A stretch of DNA of 64,000 nucleotides, from the NCBI GenBank assembly GCA_026003395.1, contig BPHE01000009.1, positions 5,528 through 69,527 on the forward strand, given 5' to 3'. The position numbers and the translations under genes were made by a program. Shown piece by piece: positions 41,245 through 50,082 of the stretch (positions are counted from its first letter, which is position 1; every line of letters begins with the position of its first letter). The DNA is from Vicingaceae bacterium. GTDB taxonomy: Bacteria > Bacteroidota > Bacteroidia > Flavobacteriales_E > Vicingaceae. The notes beneath the pieces were generated by a model. It had not been told where the DNA came from and did not search any database. It saw only the letters and a list, made by a program, of their open reading frames with translations.

Positions 41245-42290
41245 TTTGTGAAAAATCTATGAAGGGCAAAAATGCCCATTGCCCATAAAATAAATCCTCC
41301 CAGTTGATGAAGTGAAGCTAACAACAATGGAGTGTGCATCAATAATGTGGTGACCCCCAGTATGAATTGTAGCAGAAGTGCTAAACCAATCCAACGTATG
41401 GAGTTGGTTTGGGATTTGGAAAGGAGTTGTTTCCGGGATTTAAGCCAAACTATCGTCCAGATAACAAAAAGTAGATATGGAATATGCCTATGGATAAATT
41501 GTACCCCCGCAATATTTTCAACCCAATTTTTCCAAAAGGGCTGCATGGCCGTGACGGCATCGGCCATCCATTGCCCCCTTGAATTGTCCATTAGAGGCCA
41601 GTCGTTAAAAACAAAGCCGGCATCAAGACCGGCCACGAAGGCACCATAAATGATTTGTAAAAACAGCAAAACGTTAAAGACAACAAGCCATTTCCCAATG
41701 CCGGGATTGCGTTGATGGTTGATTTCTAATTTTTCTTCAAAGCCAATCGACAGCAACAACCAAAGGTTATATGCAAACGTGATGAATGCCGTTCCTAAAT
41801 GCATGGCCAATCTGTAGTGGCTCACATCCGGGCGGTCAAGCAGCCCGCTTTGTACCATATACCAACCCAACAATCCTTGCGACAACCCAAGTAACCCCAA
41901 TATCAGTAAGCGTTTGTGCAATGGAGGCAGAATAATTTTCTTCATAGAGAAGTAAATCCATCCTGCAATAAAAATCAATCCCATCAATCGGCCAATCATA
42001 CGATGAATATATTCCCACCAAAAAATTTTTTTAAAATCTTCCAGTGAAAAGTTGAAGTTTACCTGTTTATATTCCGGATATTGTTTGTATTGCTCGAAAA
42101 GGTGCTCCCAATCCGATTGGTTAAATGGCGGAGTAGAACCGAAAAGAGTCCAATCGACCATGCTGAGGCCTGAATGCGTCAATCTGGTGAGCCCCCCAAT
42201 CAAAACCATAACAAAAATCAATACGCATCCTGTAGCTAACCAGATCATAAAACCTTTGTCACGGTATTTTAAAAAACGTCTCATTTCCAT
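41241..42290 (-). CDS. ctaA: heme A synthase (COX15/CtaA family)
   Basis: 349 aa, 8 TM segments. Conserved His-containing motifs (WEYIHRMIGR, HLGTAF, FIHRH, LHQLGG). Its stop overlaps the uvrC start (ATGA). Confidence 0.85.
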   Translation of the reverse strand: MEMRRFLKYRDKGFMIWLATGCVLIFVMVLIGGLTRLTHSGLSMVDWTLFGSTPPFNQSDWEHLFEQYKQYPEYKQVNFNFSLEDFKKIFWWEYIHRMIGRLMGLIFIAGWIYFSMKKIILPPLHKRLLILGLLGLSQGLLGWYMVQSGLLDRPDVSHYRLAMHLGTAFITFAYNLWLLLSIGFEEKLEINHQRNPGIGKWLVVFNVLLFLQIIYGAFVAGLDAGFVFNDWPLMDNSRGQWMADAVTAMQPFWKNWVENIAGVQFIHRHIPYLLFVIWTIVWLKSRKQLLSKSQTNSIRWIGLALLLQFILGVTTLLMHTPLLLASLHQLGGFILWAMGIFALHRFFTK

Positions 42291-42856
42291 TGAAAAGTTT
42301 CAATCAAACGGTATATGTCTGTTTTTAAGTAATCGGCCACAGGTTGAAGAGAGTCGGCATTAGGGACAACATTGAAGTAAAGCGATCCACGCAAAAAATG
42401 TTTGCTGCTGTCAGTTAAATGAAACTGCATGACCGATCCGACATTCCCGGTTAGTTCATAGACCGTTCCGTAGACATGATGCAAAGTGTCGAGAATCAAA
42501 TTTTCTTTGATGTTACCTGCTTTGCTGATATGTTTCATAACAAGCAAACGGCTGTCTTCGGTCAACAACGGCAGGTTGTTATCTACAATTTTGTAACTCA
42601 AATGTATGGTTGCCTTATACCGTGGGATTTCAAGGTTATACCAGCAAAATTCGTCGGTTCTTTTGACAGGATGGGCATAATCCGGAATATCAAAAACAAA
42701 TGGACACAATGTGTCATTAAACGTAAGGTATCTTTTTTCCGGCAAATCTATTCTGAAATATCCTGTTGGTTTCGGGTAAAATCTTTCTTCTTCGACACAA
42801 GCGGTGACGCTGCCTAAAACCAACACAAGCAGGAGAAATAAGTTTATATTAAGCAT
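42281..42856 (-). CDS. gldD: gliding motility lipoprotein GldD
   Basis: 191 aa. Lipoprotein signal (GSVTAC). PKPTGYFRIDLPEKRY, IHLSYKIV and a C-terminal FHLTDSSKHFLRGSLYF...ETFQWK, collinear with Flavobacterium johnsoniae GldD as I recall it. Confidence 0.8.
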   Translation of the reverse strand: MLNINLFLLLVLVLGSVTACVEEERFYPKPTGYFRIDLPEKRYLTFNDTLCPFVFDIPDYAHPVKRTDEFCWYNLEIPRYKATIHLSYKIVDNNLPLLTEDSRLLVMKHISKAGNIKENLILDTLHHVYGTVYELTGNVGSVMQFHLTDSSKHFLRGSLYFNVVPNADSLQPVADYLKTDIYRLIETFQWK

Positions 42857-42967
42857 ACTGCAAAAGTAATAAAAGAATCGGGCGCATGGATGGTTTTATT
42901 TAATTCCCGAGCTGTATTAAATTTTTTTAAAACTCAATTCAAAGATGTTTGGTTCATTTGCATTCAC

Positions 42968-42975
42968 TATATTTG
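42968..42975 (+). promoter_or_regulatory. candidate -7 promoter box (TAnnTTTG)
   Basis: tatatttg, 24 nt upstream of the ATG at 42999. It lies inside the longer ORF-track ORF, which argues for the downstream start. Confidence 0.3.
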
Positions 42976-42998
42976 TAATGACAATAAACATAGATTTC

Positions 42999-43451
42999 AT
43001 GAACGACAATAAAACCTTATTGCAATTGTTTAATTTTCAATTTGTCAATTTTGAAAAAGAAATAATGCAAACACCTGAGGAGCATCTTTGGCGAATTATG
43101 CCGGGTATTAGAAATTCAATAGGTCATTTATGCTTGCACATATGTGGAAATCTAAGGCACTTTATAGGTAAAGAATCTGGAGGGATTGATTATGTGAGAG
43201 ACCGTGAAAGAGAATTTAATTCACCTGCCATAGAAAAAAATCTATTGTTGGATGAAATAAAAACAACCGGTCAAACTGTTGAAAAAGTTCTTTCAAAACT
43301 TTCACCGGAAATTCTGGAAGAACAAATAATTATTTCCTTTCTGCCTTTTTCCCTGACCAAAGGTCAATTTATCATACATTTACTATCGCACATGGCATAT
43401 CACATAGGGCAAATTAACTATTTGCGAAGAATACTTGCCGGAACGCAATAA
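42999..43451 (+). CDS. DinB-superfamily protein
   Basis: About 150 aa. His triad context (HLCLHICGNLRHF ... HMAYHIGQINYLRR), typical of DinB_2/DUF1572-like four-helix bundles. Confidence 0.7.
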   Translation: MNDNKTLLQLFNFQFVNFEKEIMQTPEEHLWRIMPGIRNSIGHLCLHICGNLRHFIGKESGGIDYVRDREREFNSPAIEKNLLLDEIKTTGQTVEKVLSKLSPEILEEQIIISFLPFSLTKGQFIIHLLSHMAYHIGQINYLRRILAGTQ

Positions 43452-43487
43452 ATTTTTTATTCAGGCGTTTTCAAAAGAAAAACTACT

Positions 43488-44249
43488 ATGAAAACGCCGA
43501 AACAAATTTTGCAAAAAACCGGACGTACAATTTTGTTTCAAACAGGGCTTATTATTTCTTTGTCTTTTGTTTATATTGCCATGGAAAGCCGTTGGGCCAC
43601 AACTCCCATGATTCTGAATCCAACCAATACGCTGGATATTGATGATTGGGAAATACCCATTACCATCATTGAAACTCCTAAAAATCAAAAAGTAGAGGAA
43701 CCACAAAAGGTTACCAAAAAGTTGATTGCAAATATTCGTCCTGATGTCAAACCTGCCATGTTTGACAATAAAACGGATAACAGCCGGGATAATCATACCA
43801 ATGATCAAACAACCAATGATCAAAAAATTACACCAATTGACGAAAATGTCACCAACCGGCAAAACATAGATTATATAGAAACGCCCGAATTTCTTCATGT
43901 AGAAGTTTGGCCCAGACACAAATCATGTAAAGACATCGTTGAAAATGAAAAAGCAAAAAGTTGTCTGGAACAAAAATTATATGAATATTTTGAAAAATAC
44001 ATTGACAGGAGTTTTCCACGATACATGCAAAAAAGAGAAGAAAAATTGTATGTAGAAATTGTCATTGACCATCAAGGAAAATTGAGCCGCTTTAAAATTG
44101 TAAAATCCGATAATGAAAAGTTAAGTGAATTGACGTCCAAAGCATTTGAAAAATTGATAGACAAGCATGGAGATGAATTTATTTCAGGGAAAAACAATGG
44201 AAGACAAGTAGCCACAAAATTTTATATCCCCATAAAGTTCTCGAGGTAA
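43488..44249 (+). CDS. energy transducer TonB-family protein
   Basis: N-terminal TM anchor, low-complexity linker, and a C-terminal ~90-aa domain beginning VEVWPRHKSC... and ending KFYIPIKF (TonB_C-like). Confidence 0.6.
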   Translation: MKTPKQILQKTGRTILFQTGLIISLSFVYIAMESRWATTPMILNPTNTLDIDDWEIPITIIETPKNQKVEEPQKVTKKLIANIRPDVKPAMFDNKTDNSRDNHTNDQTTNDQKITPIDENVTNRQNIDYIETPEFLHVEVWPRHKSCKDIVENEKAKSCLEQKLYEYFEKYIDRSFPRYMQKREEKLYVEIVIDHQGKLSRFKIVKSDNEKLSELTSKAFEKLIDKHGDEFISGKNNGRQVATKFYIPIKFSR

Positions 44250-44479
44250 TAATCACACCGTCTTCAATATCATAACCCGCAACTTTTAAAAAACTCAAAT
44301 TCTATAAGATAAATTCCTACTTTGAATTTTGACTGTCCTCAGATATTAAGGATTGTCATATAGTAGTTTTCTCCAATATCTTTCAAAAATTGCCAAAAAA
44401 TCCTTGAAAATATTTGCTCTAAAAACGAAACTTAAGGAGTAATTTTTATTTAACCGTGCGCAATTTGAAAGATTTCATG

Positions 44480-44487
44480 TAAATTTG
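44480..44487 (+). promoter_or_regulatory. candidate -7 promoter box (TAnnTTTG)
   Basis: taaatttg, 10 nt upstream of the ATG at 44498. This would imply a very short leader. Confidence 0.25.
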
Positions 44488-44497
44488 TTTTAAAAAA

Positions 44498-46765
44498 ATG
44501 AAAGTAAAACTACAATTTTTCATAATTCCCCTGTTAATTCTAAAAACTTCGGTTATATCAAACCTATATGCACAGGGAGCATATGGCTCGGTTAGATATG
44601 ACAGCATTCCTTTTTTTCACAACAACGACTCTTTGTTGAATCCCTTTACGGGAGGATTTAACAATCCTCAATTTTCACTTGGAGATTTAAATGGCGACGG
44701 CAAAAAAGACCTTTTTGTTTTTGACCGTTCAGGCAACAAGCCGATGGTGTTTATCAATGAAGGATCGCCCGGCAACCCCAAATATGTTTTCAAACATCAA
44801 TTTATGTCTTATTTTCCTTCTCCATCACAATACTCACCTTACATAGAAAGTTGGGCCTTGATAAGGGACTTTAATTGCGATGGTGTAGGGGATTTGTTTG
44901 CTTCGGCTCCGGGAGGTATCATGGTTTTTCGGAACGACGGGATTGCATATCCTCAGTTCACTTCTATAACCGGATTGCTTCTCTCCAATTATCAACCCAA
45001 CAATTTAAACATTTATGTGAGCTCAGCCGATATTCCGGGGATTGATGATGTCGATAAAGACGGTGACCTGGATATTTTGACTTTTGATGTGTTGGGTTCG
45101 CGACTCGAGTATCATCGTAACTATTCTATGGAAAATACCGGTTCTTGTGATACTCTTTGGTATGTTTTGAAAAACAAATGTTGGGGGCACTTCACTGAAA
45201 ATTCTTTTAATAATTCGATCAACCTATTCGATACCTGCAATTACAACGTGGCTTCACCCCAAAGGACCGGGCAGGGCAACAAACATGCGGGTTCGACAGT
45301 TTGTATCATAGAAACAAACAATAACGATGCCCGTGACCTTGTTTTAGGAGACATCTCGTTCCCCAATCTAACTCTGCTTACAAATTGTGCCACCCTTCCC
45401 AACTTAAATTCTTCAATGTGTTCCGCTGATACGGCTTTCCCTAAGAACCATACGAATACGATTGCTTCGGGGGTCCGTAACTTTCCCGCGGCATTTTGGC
45501 TTGATGTCAATGATGACGGTAAACGTGATTTGTTGGTTACGCCCAATGCCGCCGGCACGCTTGTTTCCGATAATTTTTTTAATGTATGGTATTATCAAAA
45601 CAATGGTTCCGACCTGAATCCTTCGTATAACCTTGTTTCAAAAAGGTTTCTTGCAGAAACTGCCGTAGATGTTGGAGAAGGGGCAAACGTTACCATGGCA
45701 GACTTAGACCAGGATGGCTTGTTGGATCTTTTCATCGGCAATTTCGCTTATTATGATTCCACCGGTGGAATGATAGCTTATTACAAAAACATAGGCACGG
45801 CAACCGCGCCGAAATTTAAACTCATTACCCATAATTTTGCCAACTTGCCCTCATACAATTTGAACACAACGTTGAATTTGCCTGCCAAAGCAATTGCCCC
45901 GACATTTGGAGACCTTGACGGTGACGGTGATGTAGATATGATTGTGGGAGACAGCGAAGGAAAAGTACACCTTTTCACCAATAACGGCAACGGAAACTTC
46001 TCACTTGCACAAGCCAATCTTTCTTCGATTGATGTGGGGGAATATGCTGCCCCTCAATTATTTGACCTTAATGGAGACGGACTGTTGGACCTCATTATTG
46101 GAGAAAAAGATGGCAATTTGAATTATTACGAAAATACAGGCACAGCATCCTCTCCTGTTTTCACATTGATAACTCAAAATCTTGGCAACGTTCAAGTCAA
46201 AAAATGGTGGGATTATCAAGGTTATAGTTATCCTTTCTTTTTCCATCATGGGCAAGATATACGTTTATTATGTGGAAGCAAATCCGGATACATTTATTAT
46301 TACGACAGCATCCAAAACAATCTTAATGGAAGTTTTCACCTGGTTGACACCATGTTTATGGATATTTGGGAAGGCATAAGATCAACCGTTGCCGGAGGTT
46401 TTTTTATGGGCAATGACACTTTGGTAGATTTTTTTGTAGGAACATACAATGGTGGAGTGGCTCCTCATAAAGGAACAGGTTATATTGCACCTTCTTCGGT
46501 TGATATCTATTCATTGCCGATAGATGCGGAAATTTATCCGGTTCCTGCATCAGACCATTTTTTGGTTCGCATACGTGAAGCATATTTGCGATTGAGTGAT
46601 CTTACCATAATAATATACAACCTTGCCGGGCAAATAGTGGGGAGTTATCCCTATTCCATGAATCCTGTCGATGTTAATCATCTTCCCGGCGGATTTTACC
46701 TGGTTAAGTTAGAGTGGAAAGGTAAGAAATTAAACTTTACGGGTAAACTAACCATAATCAGGTAG
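44498..46765 (+). CDS. FG-GAP/VCBS-repeat protein with T9SS (Por-type) C-terminal sorting domain
   Basis: Repeated Ca-binding-like DxNGDGxxDL motifs (GDLNGDGKKDLFV, DVDKDGDLDIL, DLDGDGDVDMIV, DLNGDGLLDLII). C-terminal IYPVPASDHFLV...GGFYLVKLEWKGK...LTIIR. Confidence 0.8.
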   Translation: MKVKLQFFIIPLLILKTSVISNLYAQGAYGSVRYDSIPFFHNNDSLLNPFTGGFNNPQFSLGDLNGDGKKDLFVFDRSGNKPMVFINEGSPGNPKYVFKHQFMSYFPSPSQYSPYIESWALIRDFNCDGVGDLFASAPGGIMVFRNDGIAYPQFTSITGLLLSNYQPNNLNIYVSSADIPGIDDVDKDGDLDILTFDVLGSRLEYHRNYSMENTGSCDTLWYVLKNKCWGHFTENSFNNSINLFDTCNYNVASPQRTGQGNKHAGSTVCIIETNNNDARDLVLGDISFPNLTLLTNCATLPNLNSSMCSADTAFPKNHTNTIASGVRNFPAAFWLDVNDDGKRDLLVTPNAAGTLVSDNFFNVWYYQNNGSDLNPSYNLVSKRFLAETAVDVGEGANVTMADLDQDGLLDLFIGNFAYYDSTGGMIAYYKNIGTATAPKFKLITHNFANLPSYNLNTTLNLPAKAIAPTFGDLDGDGDVDMIVGDSEGKVHLFTNNGNGNFSLAQANLSSIDVGEYAAPQLFDLNGDGLLDLIIGEKDGNLNYYENTGTASSPVFTLITQNLGNVQVKKWWDYQGYSYPFFFHHGQDIRLLCGSKSGYIYYYDSIQNNLNGSFHLVDTMFMDIWEGIRSTVAGGFFMGNDTLVDFFVGTYNGGVAPHKGTGYIAPSSVDIYSLPIDAEIYPVPASDHFLVRIREAYLRLSDLTIIIYNLAGQIVGSYPYSMNPVDVNHLPGGFYLVKLEWKGKKLNFTGKLTIIR

Positions 46766-46784
46766 TGATTTTCTGCATAAAAAT

Positions 46785-46812
46785 AAAAAGGGGCAATTAT
46801 AGCCCCTTTTTT
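46785..46812. terminator. bidirectional intrinsic terminator
   Basis: aaaaaggggc aattata gcccctttttt between convergent genes. Confidence 0.6.
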
Positions 46813-46839
46813 CAGTTGTTTAAAATAAGATAAAATAAA

Positions 46840-47784
46840 TTAGCTGCAAAGTTTCATTTCGTCAAGCACATTCATAACAGTTTTTACTGCATCAGCCGAT
46901 TGATACAGCAATGCCTTTTCTTCTTCGTTAAGATCGAGTTCTATAATTTTTTCCACTCCATTTTTTCCAAGAATCACAGGAACACCCAGATAAATATCCT
47001 TTAAACCATATTCCCCATTCAAGTATGCACAAACGGGTAAAATTCTCCTTTGATTCTTGATGATTGCTTCAACCATTTGTGCTGCAGACGCACCCGGCGC
47101 ATACCATGCAGAAGTGCCAAGCAATTTTACGATTTCCCCTCCACCAAATTTGGTTCGTTCAATGATGGCATCCAACTTCTCTTTTGAAATCAACTGGGTA
47201 ACGGGGATTCCGGAAACAGTGGTATATCTTGGCAAGGGAACCATCGTGTCTCCGTGACCACCGAGTAGCATTGCCTGAATGTCTTTGACCGATACATTCA
47301 GCTCCTCGGCCAAAAAGGCACGGTAACGGGCAGTGTCCAGCACACCGGCCATTCCAAATACTCTCGATGAATCCACCTTGGCAGTAAGATAGGCACAATA
47401 TGTCATTACGTCCAATGGATTGGATACTACAATGATGATGGCATTGGGAGAATATTTGATGACATTTTCCGTCACACTTTTGACAATGTTTGCATTGGTC
47501 GAAATTAAATCGTCACGGCTCATTCCGGGTTTTCTTGGCAACCCCGACGTGATTACAACTACATCAGAATTTTTGGTTTTTTCATAATCGTTGGTCGAAC
47601 CATATACTCTTGTGTCGTAAAGTTCGACAGGTGCTGTTTCCCATATGTCAAGAGCTTTGCCTTCGGCAAACCCCTCTTTGATGTCCAACAGCACTACCTC
47701 TTCTACAATTTCTTTTCTGGCAATGACATCGGCACATGTTGCGCCTACGTTGCCTGCTCCTATTACTGATACTTTCATAGTCAT
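46840..47784 (-). CDS. mdh: malate dehydrogenase (LDH-like MDH)
   Basis: MKVSVIGAGNVGATCA Rossmann start, ITSGLPRKPGMSRDDL, GGHGDTMVP. The start may be MKV at 47778. Confidence 0.93.
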   Translation of the reverse strand: MTMKVSVIGAGNVGATCADVIARKEIVEEVVLLDIKEGFAEGKALDIWETAPVELYDTRVYGSTNDYEKTKNSDVVVITSGLPRKPGMSRDDLISTNANIVKSVTENVIKYSPNAIIIVVSNPLDVMTYCAYLTAKVDSSRVFGMAGVLDTARYRAFLAEELNVSVKDIQAMLLGGHGDTMVPLPRYTTVSGIPVTQLISKEKLDAIIERTKFGGGEIVKLLGTSAWYAPGASAAQMVEAIIKNQRRILPVCAYLNGEYGLKDIYLGVPVILGKNGVEKIIELDLNEEEKALLYQSADAVKTVMNVLDEMKLCS

Positions 47785-47984
47785 TTGTTTTTGCCCGCTA
47801 AATTATAAAACTCATTAAAATTCAAAAGATTTTTTATCAATTTTTTTAAGTACATCTATTTTTGTAAATTAAAAATATGAATTACTTTAATTTTAGAATG
47901 TTTGATTTAAAGATATTTTCGCAAAAAAATTAATAATCTCTTAGGCAACCATTTTACGAACGTTGCGTTTTTAAGCTGAGATGA

Positions 47985-48557
47985 ATGAAAAAATTAACAG
48001 AAAAAGAATTATTAAAAGCCATTGAAGGGTGTAAAAAAAATGACCGACAAAGTCAAAAAATAATATATATGCATTATTATTCCACATTATTGCCTGTCTG
48101 CTATCGATACACATCCAACCGCGATGAAGCTCTTGACTTGTTACATGATGTTTTTTTAAAAATTTTTGAGAAAATAAAAAAATATAAACATACGGGTTCA
48201 TTTGAAGGATGGTTAAAACGATTAACTGTAAACTATGCCATTGATCGATATAGAAAAAACAAAAATATCCGCCCCCTTTCCACAGATGACGAAGAACACC
48301 CCATTCAAATTAGCGAAGTAGAGCCGGATGATGATTCAATTTTTACCCGGGTCTCTTCTTCCGATTTGGTGGATGCCATACGTCAATTGCCTGATGGGTA
48401 CAAAATGGTATTTTGTTTGTATTATTTAGAAGAAATGTCACATAAAGAGATAGCCGAAAAACTAAATATAAATGAAGGGACTTCAAAATCCAATTTGTTT
48501 AAAGCAAAAGCAAAACTAAAAGATATTTTAACCAAAAAATTATTGTTAAAATCATGA
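47985..48557 (+). CDS. ECF-type RNA polymerase sigma-70 family factor
   Basis: Region 2 (DVFLKIFEKI...FEGWLKRLTVNYAIDRYRK) and region 4 HTH (MSHKEIAEKLNINEGTSKSNLFKAKAKL). Confidence 0.88.
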   Translation: MKKLTEKELLKAIEGCKKNDRQSQKIIYMHYYSTLLPVCYRYTSNRDEALDLLHDVFLKIFEKIKKYKHTGSFEGWLKRLTVNYAIDRYRKNKNIRPLSTDDEEHPIQISEVEPDDDSIFTRVSSSDLVDAIRQLPDGYKMVFCLYYLEEMSHKEIAEKLNINEGTSKSNLFKAKAKLKDILTKKLLLKS

Positions 48558-49903
48558 CACCACAAGACAAAAAATTGAGTCAATTATTGCAAGAAAAACT
48601 CAATCGGTTGCCTGACGTAGACACCCAACCCCAATGGGAGAGAATGGAGCAATTGCTTCGTAAAAAATCATATTGGAGTAACTTGAAAACAGCATCTGCA
48701 ATTTTGATGCTTACCGCTTCTGTTGCCGGATTGAGCTATTTTGTAAGCATCAATGGAAACCTGAAGCACCAAGAAGACGGGCATTCGCAATCTATACATA
48801 AGCCGGACATCTCTCAAAAATTGTCAGAAAAACAGACATTCCGGCAAAATAATGATGAAACATTTTCCAACTCATCCAATACGGTTGTGAATGAAAATGT
48901 CAATATACAAGAAAAAGAAAGCTATAATGTTGTAAAAGAGAAAAATATCGATAACAAAGCCAAAAACAACTGTAATGATGCAAACAATACCACTACTTCT
49001 CAAGTAGCATTTCAAGATAAAAATCAAAAAACAATATCGAACGAAAACATGTCGGAAAATAAAACAAACAGTCCGCAACACTCCAATCAAGACATACCTG
49101 AATTCCATATTCTAAGCAGCAAGCCCGAATATTGTGAAGGGGAAATTATGGTATTTAAAACCGACCTTCAAGATAAAAATTTCACCAAACAATGGTTTGT
49201 CAATGGTGAATTTTACGCTTCAGGAAATGCAATATCTATTCCTGCAGAGTTGGATGAAAAAGGTAATGAATATGAAATTACCTTAATTGTACAAGATATA
49301 AAAAACAAAGAAACATCAACGAGCAAGACGCTCAAAGTAGACGTTTATCCTTTGCCTGAGCCCGAAATAAAATACAAAGAATTATATAAGGAAAACGAGG
49401 AAGAATACTTATTTAATCCTTATTGGGAATTTGAGACCTCAGGGCACTACAAACAAATTGAATGGCAACTTGGACAAGGAGAATACGCAAGAGGCAATAA
49501 GGTTCAAACTATTTATAAAAACCCGGGTATTTATGAGGTAAAGCTGACCGTAGTGGACAATAACGGATGTAAAGGCACTGCATTTAAAAAAATATATGTC
49601 GACAAAAAATATGATGTATTTGCACCCAATGCATTCACACCCGATCAGGATGGCTTGAACGACGAATTTATTCCCAAAGCATTAGAAAATACTACTGTTG
49701 AATATCTATTGGAAGTTTCGGACAGTGAGGGAAATATTGTGTTCAGATCAAATGATTTAAACAAAGCATGGAATGGAAAAATGATGAATATAGGCGATCC
49801 TATGCCTGAAGGAACTTATTTTTGGACTTGCACCATAAAAGATAAAAACGGAAAAACTCATCAATGGAACGGTCAGGTATTGTTGTTGAGAGAGAAAAAT
49901 TAA
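48554..49903 (+). CDS. membrane-anchored anti-sigma-like protein with PKD-like and T9SS type-B (CHU_C / gliding-motility-associated C-terminal) domains
   Basis: ATGA overlap with the sigma gene. About 50 aa N-terminus, then a TM segment (ASAILMLTASVAGLSYFV), then an N/K/S/Q-rich linker. PKD-like GIYEVKLTVVDNNGC. CHU_C signature FAPNAFTPDQDGLNDEF...GTYFW...GQVLLLR. Confidence 0.75.
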   Translation: MTPQDKKLSQLLQEKLNRLPDVDTQPQWERMEQLLRKKSYWSNLKTASAILMLTASVAGLSYFVSINGNLKHQEDGHSQSIHKPDISQKLSEKQTFRQNNDETFSNSSNTVVNENVNIQEKESYNVVKEKNIDNKAKNNCNDANNTTTSQVAFQDKNQKTISNENMSENKTNSPQHSNQDIPEFHILSSKPEYCEGEIMVFKTDLQDKNFTKQWFVNGEFYASGNAISIPAELDEKGNEYEITLIVQDIKNKETSTSKTLKVDVYPLPEPEIKYKELYKENEEEYLFNPYWEFETSGHYKQIEWQLGQGEYARGNKVQTIYKNPGIYEVKLTVVDNNGCKGTAFKKIYVDKKYDVFAPNAFTPDQDGLNDEFIPKALENTTVEYLLEVSDSEGNIVFRSNDLNKAWNGKMMNIGDPMPEGTYFWTCTIKDKNGKTHQWNGQVLLLREKN

Positions 49904-49969
49904 CCGTATTTTAAAACTTTATTGCCGATTTAAAGAATGTTTGTGGATGAAATTTAATGACAAAAAAAG

Positions 49970-49994
49970 AACGCTACAGATGTAGCGTTTTTTT
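49970..49994 (+). terminator. intrinsic terminator
   Basis: aacgctacagatgtagcgtt followed by tttttt. Confidence 0.55.
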
Positions 49995-50053
49995 AGTAAA
50001 ATAATTTTAACGTGCAACTTTTAACATTTTTTTGCTGTCTTATGTAAAAATAC

Positions 50054-50061
50054 TATATTTG
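50054..50061 (+). promoter_or_regulatory. candidate -7 promoter box (TAnnTTTG)
   Basis: tatatttg, 22 nt upstream of the ATG at 50083. Confidence 0.35.
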
Positions 50062-50082
50062 TTGACACAAAATATTATTTAT

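Noticed and set aside
43461-43919. 152-aa minus-strand ORF antisense to the TonB-family gene
   Set aside because: It fully overlaps a plus-strand ORF that has a recognisable TM anchor and TonB_C-like end. The antisense product has no recognisable features.
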